Positions 23,601 through 29,657 of a stretch of 64,000 bases of DNA are shown in pieces. Each line of letters begins with the position of its first letter. Within the stretch, counting starts at the first letter, position 1. The translations under genes were made by a program, and so were the position numbers. Origin of the DNA: an uncultured Sphingomonadaceae bacterium (GTDB lineage: Bacteria; Pseudomonadota; Alphaproteobacteria; Sphingomonadales; Sphingomonadaceae); assembly GCA_937995515.1 (NCBI GenBank), contig CALKJZ010000007.1, positions 12,004-76,003 of the forward strand. Reading direction: 5' to 3'. The notes below the pieces were generated by a model that was given only the letters and a program-made list of their open reading frames with translations, was not told the origin of the DNA and ran no database searches.

Positions 23601-26304
23601 CGGCAAAGCTCGCCGCGGTTGCCACGATGTTGAATCCGTCGCCATCCTGGTCGGTGCCCGGCGTGACCGATGCAAGGTCGACCGTTGCCGCCCCGGGGGC
23701 GGCAAGCAGGATGTCGTCGCCGGCTGTCAGCACGCCGGCCTCGAGCCCGGCGGCCGACGCAAGCGCGATGGTGCCCGAAACCGAGAGCGTGTCGACTGCA
23801 AGACCGGCCTCGGTGGTGGTGAACCGGGCGTTGCGGATGGGGCCGGCGAGCCCCGAGGCGTCGAGGCTGGCCGCGGTCAGCGTCGCATCCCGGCCGGCGA
23901 GGGCCGAGACGATCGCAAGGGGTCCGGCGGTTGTGACCGAAAGATCGCGCCCGGCGCCCGATTCGAGGATTTCGACCGGATCCGGGCCGGTGAGGACGAC
24001 GGCGGCGTCGCGCCCGGCGAAGAAGGAAGGCGCGGCGATTGCCTCGGCGAGGATTTCAACGTCGAGCCCGGCGATGACGACGAGTTCGGGAAGGCGCGAC
24101 CCGGCCGCGACGAGGCGGACGCTTGCCGATTCGCTGTCGAGGGTGAGCAGGTCGAGGGTCTCGACTGCGCCCTCGAAGAGGATGTTCCCGCCAGGGGCGG
24201 CCGGAAAGCCGGGGTAGCCGGCAAGGGCGCGCAGGTCTGCCACGCGGCCGTTGCCCGGGACGTCGCGGTCGAACTCGGGGACGAGACGCGACGGATCGCC
24301 ATTGTCGAGGATCTCGTTGCCGGGCACGTCCGGGAAGCCGGCCTTCGAGGCGAGGGTCGTGCCGGTGTCGAGAATGATGCCGCGGCCGAGCGACTCGCGC
24401 CCGGAGATGGCGTAGAGGTCGTCGCCGAAGCGCAGGGTCGCATCGGGCGAGGTGCGCACGGCCCCCTGCCGGGCGATCAGGATGAGGTCGCCGTCGACAT
24501 CGGCGCCGCCCAGCGACACCGAGCCGGAATCGCTCACCAGCGCGAGCGAGCCGGGATTGCCGCGCAGCGCCTCGACCCGCGCGTCCCCGACAGAGACGTC
24601 GCCCGTGGCATCGATGCCGGCAAAGCCCGCTGCAACGAGCCGGTCGACAGAGAGGGAGCCCGAGGACCGAAGCCGCAGCGGCCCGGAGACGATCTCGCCA
24701 AGGCGGATGGACGGTCCGGGGCCCGGGAAGCTGTCGTCGAGGGCGATCCGGCTGGTGGACAGGAGATCGTCGCTGAAGGCGGAAAGCCCGCCGGCGAGGA
24801 ACTGGGCGGCCGTGCCGGTGCGGATGTCGATGTCGAAGGCCAGCGCGCTCAGCACCGAGCCCTGGGTAAAGCCGGTGACGAGGCCGGCCAGCTGCACCCG
24901 ATCCGCCTCCGACTGGAGGAAGATCGAGCGAATCGGCACGGACCCGCCGCTCGGGTCGGTCGCGTCGCTGTCGCGCGTGACGTCGGGGCCCTCGTTGCGG
25001 CTCTCGATGGTGGCATCGGGAGCGCCCGAAACGAGCGGACCGGCTGCAACCGCCACGATGTCGTCGCCGGCCGAGAGGCTGCCGAGCGCGACGGCTCCCC
25101 GGCTGCGGACGATGATGTCGGCGCCGGCGGTGAACGCCCCGAGGCCGAGCACGTCGCCGCCAACATCTGCCAGAATGCTGCCGCCCGCCTCCAGCGACCC
25201 GAGCGCGGCAGGCCCGGCCGGCACGGTCTGTCGCGTCTCGATGCGGATGTCGCCGCCGGCAAAGGCGGCCAGAAGCTCGCCTTCGTCCTGCCGGATGCGG
25301 ATGTCGCCGTCGGCGGCAAGATCGGCGAGTTCGGCGCGGATGCGCGTGGGGGCCGCATCCTGGGGCAGGCCGGGTTCGTTGCCTGCGATCCCGCTTCCGG
25401 CCGAGAGCACGATATGGCCCTGGTCGGCGGCGGCGGCCGTGGCAACCACGGTGCCGGTTGCGCGGATGATCGCCGAGGCGAGGTTGGAGGATCCCACGAT
25501 CGAGAGCCACACATTGGCGCCGGCAACGCTGCCCGACAGGTCGATCGGCGCGCCGCCGTCGAACGTGCCGCCGCCAGCGGGCACCTCAAACTCCACGAGG
25601 TCGAAATCGTTGCTGGCGTTCCGGGCGAGGCGGATGGTGTAGGTGTTGGCGGCGCCGACGAGAAGGGTTCCGCGGGCCGCGCGGATGCTGGTGCCGGCCT
25701 GTTGCTGGACATTCTGCGCGACGATGGCGAGCATGCCGCCAGCCGCCTCGACGCCCGCGCCCGAAAGGATGGCGATGCCCTGCGTCGAGAGGGGCGCAAG
25801 CAACGCCTCGATTGCGAACGCATCGTCGGCGAGCAGTGCCTGCCGGGTCGCGGGGCTGGTCAGCAGCTCGGGAAGGGCATTGGAGAGGAGGACGCCGCCG
25901 GCGGCGATCCGCCCGCCCTCGGCCACGAGGATCCCGTTGCGCGAGAAGAGCCACAGATTGCCCCCGAGCGGATCGGTGGCGGCGGGCCCCAGCCGCGCCT
26001 CGAGGGTGCCGAGCACCGCGAAGCCGCTGTCTGCGCGCAGGAGGGCGACGCCGCCCGGGCCGGGGCTGGCGAAGTTGAACCGCACGGTGGTACCGGTGGA
26101 CAGGAAGAACCCCTGCCCGTGGTCGAGATAGGTGCGCGGGGCGTTGAGGGTGAAGATGCGGGTGCTGCCGACATCGGTGATGGTCGGAAGGCTGCCGCCC
26201 GAGGTGACATCGACATCGGTCACGAACGGAAACTGCGCTGCCGCCGGCGGGCCGATCAGCGCTGCGGCGATTGCAGTGCCAAGAAGCAGGCGGGTGCGCG
26301 GCAT
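17695..26304 (-). CDS. Giant two-partner-secretion exoprotein (TpsA-like, filamentous-haemagglutinin-type beta-helix repeat protein), 2869 aa
   Basis: I start at ATG 26304 (MPRTRLLLGTAIAAALIGPPAAAQF...), which is preceded by GAAGGAAGG; the track ORF extends to 27042 only by running out of frame into tpsB. The N-terminus has a TPS/haemagglutination-activity-like domain (VALLRADSGFAVLGTLEA...GGNLWLFSRNGILVAEGG, a degenerate NPNGI). More than 2000 aa of roughly 20-residue repeats follow, punctuated by AGRD/AGDD turns. By my manual count there are about 29 GRD and 8 GDD. Confidence 0.85.
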   Translation of the reverse strand: MPRTRLLLGTAIAAALIGPPAAAQFPFVTDVDVTSGGSLPTITDVGSTRIFTLNAPRTYLDHGQGFFLSTGTTVRFNFASPGPGGVALLRADSGFAVLGTLEARLGPAATDPLGGNLWLFSRNGILVAEGGRIAAGGVLLSNALPELLTSPATRQALLADDAFAIEALLAPLSTQGIAILSGAGVEAAGGMLAIVAQNVQQQAGTSIRAARGTLLVGAANTYTIRLARNASNDFDLVEFEVPAGGGTFDGGAPIDLSGSVAGANVWLSIVGSSNLASAIIRATGTVVATAAAADQGHIVLSAGSGIAGNEPGLPQDAAPTRIRAELADLAADGDIRIRQDEGELLAAFAGGDIRIETRQTVPAGPAALGSLEAGGSILADVGGDVLGLGAFTAGADIIVRSRGAVALGSLSAGDDIVAVAAGPLVSGAPDATIESRNEGPDVTRDSDATDPSGGSVPIRSIFLQSEADRVQLAGLVTGFTQGSVLSALAFDIDIRTGTAAQFLAGGLSAFSDDLLSTSRIALDDSFPGPGPSIRLGEIVSGPLRLRSSGSLSVDRLVAAGFAGIDATGDVSVGDARVEALRGNPGSLALVSDSGSVSLGGADVDGDLILIARQGAVRTSPDATLRFGDDLYAISGRESLGRGIILDTGTTLASKAGFPDVPGNEILDNGDPSRLVPEFDRDVPGNGRVADLRALAGYPGFPAAPGGNILFEGAVETLDLLTLDSESASVRLVAAGSRLPELVVIAGLDVEILAEAIAAPSFFAGRDAAVVLTGPDPVEILESGAGRDLSVTTAGPLAIVSALAGRDATLTAASLDASGLAGPIRNARFTTTEAGLAVDTLSVSGTIALASAAGLEAGVLTAGDDILLAAPGAATVDLASVTPGTDQDGDGFNIVATAASFAASGLEGADDIRITTSGETALAGTTAARRDILVDAGTLSASDFEAGRDLVLVVRAGGIAGPLFSAVRDVSLSASAGVSAGEVRAGRDAVLAAGTQVAVDLIRATRDVGLSGGGVSAQRVEAGRDIAGTLAGAFLADIVEGGDDVRIAADSVRASLRIRSTGLGEDSEGDGRNVGLVAPAGVSVGTGPDGELDAPDDVTVRSAGGLFQMPDGSRAGAGRDLLIEARGAAIGFAEAGRDLTLNLAGGGSVLRRRLAAGRDLTLRSGGDLEIDAVAAAGRLLVEAAGRLGAGPATAGTDIDIRAGSIGPSGSAAFSAEAGRDVRIVSDGGVEGGGPLAAGRDTTVTAGGTVRFATMEAGDDLAVAAGAGDILATAVRTTGVGEDGEGDGANIRLEGLNAVLGTVSAATDFDAALAGTLGIEALATGRDTRVTASALSLGAGADIGRDLVITATAGLFEATSPLSAGRDVAVTGAGDVRLGEVLAGRDIGLAGAGLVETGRLAAPGALVATAGSLRTAEASVGGAARLTTTAGELLLAGTLAAGGDVQLTAPDAPDGILRIGRVEAGGRLDATAFSIRAAPGGGTAIAAGPVRMVGTGSATIDLEEVVSDDDVDLISPSIRVGFVRSTGLGPDVDGDGFNVRLVGGLGEFIAIDAPTDIRARMAGPLGIADAIAGRDADLEADSIRIQPRQAGLVAGRDARLVAATTLEAGRVSAGDDVTMEAGGAATLGTVETRGDGADLEGDGSNIRIVAAGAEALALAAPGDIVIDSTTGPAVLGQGGGVAAGRDLLVTGTTLDLAAPSSGRDLRLTATAGDIIGSAFAAVRDLALAASGRIEALTAAAGRDLDLAAGGDLEIIDSASAGRDAQLRGGSVTGPLGFPFIIAAERDVRIESTAGPVSVRATAGDDVRVRSAGSLRLGATTTGAGEDLEGDGSRIVAEAAGQALLEASAAAGDLDLTAGGPVEAFGTPVAGGSLRITGTEVQLPLGATAEVDVEVRATDGPLFTAGLVRAGRDLALTGAAADFVDVGGQGLAAGRDLAISGDEIGLGSGVRVAAGRDARLSATGFIGTRRATIEAGRDIDIATDRGINFGRLVAGDDIRVTSRANLVLGDEVLTTGLGPDDEGDGSTVGIFGNFVEIAAGESAGDMRLSGRDAVFAGFRDGAAVAPGLTAGRDLVVRSSGIRLNLAGVGRNLDAEASTGTLEVAGNLAAQGSVRLEALLLVKVEGGISAGADVDLRSRVSLVRVDGPVTAGDDLRLAAGSAGVRAGALTTTGLGPDPEADGPVMEVRGGTGTVTLGPVSAAQDFLAEAAGAVAVEAITTVRDARVTAASLALGAGSSIGRDLLITATGTGFTAPGPLSAGRDIRVEGVGDLRLAALVAGRNASLETAGSLETGAITAPGNLVARAARMAIASASVGGAASLETVGGELALPGTVTTGGDLLLRAPEVAGGILRLGRIAAGGVVDARAFSILSAPGGGAVAAGGPVRMVGTGSATIDLEEVISDDDVDLASPVIRVGLVRATGIGPDRDGDGFNIRMDGGTGTFGTLEAPTDILARFTSSLQIASTATAGRDSVLAAGSGTLALGSAQAGGVATIAGGGFTLNGTLEAAEVRFVASGPMRFGGAAGGGGFVVPADALARISAPGGISASTGAVPRATTPQGPASAAFEAQYGVGGSADLSVDSFRFDPAAVAQFGFYAGPGASIRVVGDIAPVEAGGRIILGANPVEGLTPRTVLVSGSLGAGQLFLQDCYVALFPLENLAITALGDVIFGDAAFQAAVAAADPAAIDVQAGTPDLPPSPADDRLFVVAETMSVAAPGRIVSQNRSSVPGSYAGLVLANQQQGPRLPTVLTVTGGSVVDLSGVVVNGAGRAFFGPQAARSGAVAATSRTARFNSCAINGTGSCLPPLADPGLGFRPDQFAPQDPLAPEAGLLRGEILFLLDDRASFRVGVEDGAIFLRRDEEEERRDREPAAR
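18901..19806 (-). repeat. Copy 2 of an internal duplication of about 0.9 kb within tpsA
   Basis: It aligns with 21590-22481 at an offset of about 2.68 kb. One example is GPVRMVGTGSATIDLEEVISDDDVDLASPVIRVGLVRATGIGPDRDGDGFNIRMDGG against GPVRMVGTGSATIDLEEVVSDDDVDLISPSIRVGFVRSTGLGPDVDGDGFNVRLVGG. At DNA level, ctcctcgaggtcgatcgt.gcgctgcc.gtgccgaccat occurs at about 19117-19154 and about 21800-21837. Confidence 0.75.
21590..22481 (-). repeat. Copy 1 of an internal duplication of about 0.9 kb within tpsA
   Basis: See the partner entry at 18901-19806. The boundaries are approximate and were set by eye from the protein alignment. Confidence 0.75.
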
Positions 26305-26321
26305 GGCGGGCCTTCCTTCGC

Positions 26322-28070
26322 CTAGAAGCCGATCGTTGCGTTCACGAGAACGCGGTCGGGCGGGCGCGGGTTTCCAAGCGCGCCCTCGAACGGCCGCGCA
26401 TAGGCGATGTCGAGCACCAGCCGTCCGGGCAGCCGGGCGGTCACCCCCACGCCGCCGGAGGACAAGGTCTGCGAGAAGCCGCCGCGGTCCCGGTTCGAGA
26501 CATGGCCGACATCGAAGAAGCCATAGGGGCTGATGGCCACCCCCCGGCCGAGGGCAAAGGGGCCGAGCCGCGCATCGAAGGCAGCCAGCACCCCCTCGTC
26601 GCCAGCCACGATCGCCGGGTCGTAGCCACGCCCGACGCTGAGATTGCCGACCGTCAGCTCCTCGAAGGCCAGCAGCGGCCTCGAGGCGAGCTGCGCGGTG
26701 CCGCGCGCGGCGATGCCGAGCATGGCGCCAAGCGGCACTTCGGCGCGCGCGCCAAAGCGCGCCACGAAGGTGTCGGCCCGCCCGTCGAGCCGCGAGAGGA
26801 ACGGGTCTCCGGGGCGGCTTGCGCCAAGGCCCGAAAGCCCCTGGCGCAGCTGCACCTCGCCCCCCACCTGCCCGAGCCGCGGGCCGGCGCGAAAGCGGTG
26901 CAGGGCGGCCGCGCGCGCGAACAGCACGCGCAACTGGTCCTCGACGATCCGGCCGAAGCCGGGCCCGAGCGTGCGCTGCGAGACGATGTCGAGCCCGCCG
27001 GCGAGTTCGACCTCGGTCATCCGGGTCTTGACCAGCGGCCACGCCAGCTCGGCCGTGCCCACCACCGAGGTGGAGCGCAGGTTCAGGGGCTCGAGCAGGT
27101 CGCCCGGCCGCGTCTCGCCATAGGAGAGGCCGGCCGAGAGCCTGAGGCCGTCTCCACCGAGCCGCAGCGTCTCGCGGCCCTGCACCACGAACTGCTCGTT
27201 GTCGGGCAGCGTGCGATAGACGAGGAGCGTCGTCTGCTCTCCGAGCGCCGTCATGCCGTTGGCGTCAACCCGCGCAAGCGCTGCCCACCGGCCGGTCTGG
27301 CGGCTCTGCAGGTTCTGCACGTTCGCGACCGCCTGCAGCGGATCGCGCTCGACCAGCATCTCGATGTCGATCGCCCCCCTGCGGCCGGAGGCACCCGGCC
27401 GGATGACGGTGCGCAACCGGACGCCCGGAATCTCGGAGGCGAGCAGGAGCGCCCGCTGCGCCTGCCTCAGATCGAACGGGTTCATCCCGCGGATCTGCGC
27501 GGCATAACGGTCCACCTTGTGGGTGACCGGCCCGGCCACGCCGATCACGCGCACATTCTCCACCCGCGCCTCGATGATTTCCAGCTGCACCTGGCCATCG
27601 GCGATCCGCTGCTCGGGGATTTCCACGCGTGCCAGCCGGCCGGCGTTGAACAGGGCGGCCGCCGCCCTGTCGCGGATGGTGCACAGGGTCTCAAGCGGCA
27701 CCGTCTGCCCGAGATGTTCGCGGTAGCTTTCCTCGAGGATGGCAAGGAGGCGCGCCTCCGCGCGCGGGCTGGGTTCCGGGCGGCGGCCCGTGAAGCGCAC
27801 CGACTCGAGCCGGAAACTGAGGTCCGAGCCGCGGAACGGGCAGGGCGCAGGCACAGGCGGCTGGAAGAGGTCCGCCCGGTCTGCCGCGCGCGCGGTGCGG
27901 GCTGCAAGATCGAGCTCCTCGCGCGTGGGAAGCGGCGGCGCCGGGGCGGTCTGCGCGGCGGCAACAGCCGGCAGCAGCACGAGGCCGGCTGCCACTGCGA
28001 GGCTGCACGGCGCGGGCCGGGGCTGCGTCGGCCCGTCGCGAAAAGATCTGAACGCGTTGCGCGCGCGCAT
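26322..28070 (-). CDS. TpsB-type outer-membrane translocator (ShlB/FhaC/HecB family, Omp85 superfamily), 582 aa
   Basis: Starts at ATG 28070 (MRARNAFRSF...). It has a signal peptide (LAVAAGLVLLPAVAAAQT) and a POTRA-like region (VRFTGRR...QVQLEIIEARVENVRVIG). It also has the conserved loop-6 RGY motif (NLSVGRGYD) and a C-terminal ...VNATIGF. Its stop lies 17 nt upstream of the tpsA start. Confidence 0.9.
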   Translation of the reverse strand: MRARNAFRSFRDGPTQPRPAPCSLAVAAGLVLLPAVAAAQTAPAPPLPTREELDLAARTARAADRADLFQPPVPAPCPFRGSDLSFRLESVRFTGRRPEPSPRAEARLLAILEESYREHLGQTVPLETLCTIRDRAAAALFNAGRLARVEIPEQRIADGQVQLEIIEARVENVRVIGVAGPVTHKVDRYAAQIRGMNPFDLRQAQRALLLASEIPGVRLRTVIRPGASGRRGAIDIEMLVERDPLQAVANVQNLQSRQTGRWAALARVDANGMTALGEQTTLLVYRTLPDNEQFVVQGRETLRLGGDGLRLSAGLSYGETRPGDLLEPLNLRSTSVVGTAELAWPLVKTRMTEVELAGGLDIVSQRTLGPGFGRIVEDQLRVLFARAAALHRFRAGPRLGQVGGEVQLRQGLSGLGASRPGDPFLSRLDGRADTFVARFGARAEVPLGAMLGIAARGTAQLASRPLLAFEELTVGNLSVGRGYDPAIVAGDEGVLAAFDARLGPFALGRGVAISPYGFFDVGHVSNRDRGGFSQTLSSGGVGVTARLPGRLVLDIAYARPFEGALGNPRPPDRVLVNATIGF

Positions 28071-28259
28071 CCCCGTCCCCCTGAAAAGGCTCCGGCGCAC
28101 AGGGGGTTGACCCCCCCCTTTCCAACCGGCCCCGGCATGCAGGTTACCGGCCTTTGCCGCGGCAGACAAGCAACAGCCGGGCCAACTTGGTGCAGTTCCG
28201 CCTTGCCGGGCGTGCGCCCGCTGGCGTAGCCTTCGCGGCGGCAAGGAGGCAAAGGGGGA

Positions 28260-29657
28260 ATGACGGGCCAGCCGTCGGCATCTTTGCAGGTCAAACCCGG
28301 CCGGGCGTGCAGGTCGGCCGTCTCCGGCCTTCTGGCCTTCGTCGCGGCGGCGCTGGCCGCCGCACCTCTTCCGGCCCAGGTGCACGAGGGCGTGGCGAGC
28401 TGCGGTGGGGCCACCTGCCATGGCCGCCAGGCTGCGACGGGCGCCGCGGTGCGGCAGAACGAGCTTTCCACCTGGCAGGATCCGGCAAGCCCGGCCGGCG
28501 CCCACAGCCGCGCCTTCCGCGTGCTGCTTGCGCCCGAAAGCGCCCGCATGGCCCGCCGGCTGGCGCTCGGCGCGGCCGAAGAGGCGCCGATGTGCCTCTC
28601 GTGCCACAGCGATTATGTGCCCGCGGCGCGCCGCGGCGCCCGCTTCCGGCTGGAGGATGGGGTGGGCTGCGAGGCCTGCCATGGCGGCTCCGGCGCGCGG
28701 CCCGGTGGCGCCCCCGGCTGGCTCGCCAGCCACGCCGCAGTCGGCAACAGCCATGCCGCCAATGTGGCGGCCGGCCTGTTCCCGGCCACAGACCTCATCG
28801 CGCGCGCGAACATGTGCCTCGACTGCCATTTCGGCAGCATCCGGCCCGGCCAGTTCGTCACCCACCGGATCATGGCGGCCGGCCATCCGCGGCTTACCTT
28901 CGAGCTCGATCTGTTCACCGCGCTGCAGGCGCACCACGACGAGGATGCCGATTACCGGGCGCGCAAGCCTGCCCATGGGGCGCTCAAGGCCTGGGCGGTC
29001 GGGCAGGCGCTGGCCTCGGCGCGCCAGCTGCGGCTGTTCGCCCAGCGCGGAACCGATGGCGCGCTGCCCGAGTTCAGCTTCTTCGACTGCCGCACCTGCC
29101 ACCGCACCTTCACCGACCAGCGCGGGCTGAAGCCGCTGTCGCGCGCGGGCCAGTGGCGCCCGCTTCCGGCCGGATTTCCCGCCTTTGCCGACGAGAATCT
29201 GATCCTGCTCGATGCGGCCGCCCGGGTGCTCGCAGCGGCCGAGGCGGGCGAGGTGCGCCAGCGTTCGGCGGCCTTCCACCGCGCCTTTGCGGAAAGCCGC
29301 CCGGCGGCCGAGGCGGCGGCCCTTGCCCTCGCCGAGAGCGCGGAGCGGGTCGCCCGCCGGGTCGCCGGCGCCCGCCTCGAGCCCGGCGCTGCGCTGCGGA
29401 TCGTCGCGGCGATCACCGAGCCGCAGCACCTCCAGCGCGTCTCCGAGTACCAGGGCGGGGCGCAGACGCTGATGGCGGTCGAGACGCTGGTCTCGGCGGC
29501 CGTCAGTTCGGGCCTCGTGTCCGAGGCGCGGGCGCGGGGCCTCAGGCCCGCGCTCGACGAGGCGCACGCGCTCCTCAAGGATGCCAACCGCTGGGACGAG
29601 GAGGCCTTTGCCCGGGCCATGATCCGGCTTGGAGCCGCCGCCCGGACCATGCTGTGA
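28260..29657 (+). CDS. Periplasmic multiheme c-type cytochrome (4 CxxCH + 1 CxxxxCH-like site) with C-terminal helical domain, 465 aa
   Basis: ATG 28260 is preceded by AAGGAGG...GGGGGA. It has a signal peptide (LLAFVAAALAAAPLPAQV). Heme motifs: CLSCH, CEACH, CLDCH and CRTCH, plus CGGATCH. The C-terminal half is Ala-rich and helical. Confidence 0.8.
   Translation: MTGQPSASLQVKPGRACRSAVSGLLAFVAAALAAAPLPAQVHEGVASCGGATCHGRQAATGAAVRQNELSTWQDPASPAGAHSRAFRVLLAPESARMARRLALGAAEEAPMCLSCHSDYVPAARRGARFRLEDGVGCEACHGGSGARPGGAPGWLASHAAVGNSHAANVAAGLFPATDLIARANMCLDCHFGSIRPGQFVTHRIMAAGHPRLTFELDLFTALQAHHDEDADYRARKPAHGALKAWAVGQALASARQLRLFAQRGTDGALPEFSFFDCRTCHRTFTDQRGLKPLSRAGQWRPLPAGFPAFADENLILLDAAARVLAAAEAGEVRQRSAAFHRAFAESRPAAEAAALALAESAERVARRVAGARLEPGAALRIVAAITEPQHLQRVSEYQGGAQTLMAVETLVSAAVSSGLVSEARARGLRPALDEAHALLKDANRWDEEAFARAMIRLGAAARTML

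Noticed and set aside
17407-24217. Two plus-strand ORFs of about 1200 aa each (17407-21105 and 20678-24217), antisense to tpsA.
   Set aside because: They are low-complexity Pro/Arg/Ser/Ala translations that mirror the repeat structure of the opposite strand. They have no start context or domain signal. The minus-strand frame carries a signal peptide and TPS domain and is coupled to tpsB.
17695-26304. TpsA as a contact-dependent inhibition (CdiA-type) toxin.
   Set aside because: There is no VENN or pre-toxin motif, no recognisable C-terminal nuclease or pore-former, and no room for an immunity gene before the convergent phosphodiesterase gene.
26305-27042. The N-terminal 246-codon extension of the tpsA ORF given in the track (3115 aa).
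   Set aside because: The extension overlaps the 3' end of tpsB in another frame and is Arg/Ala-rich. The internal ATG at 26304 has a strong SD and is followed immediately by a canonical signal peptide.
28395-28415. CGGATCH in the 28260-29657 cytochrome counted as a canonical heme-binding site.
   Set aside because: The spacing is CxxxxCH, not CxxCH. It may still bind heme, since CX3-4CH sites exist, but I count only four canonical sites with confidence.
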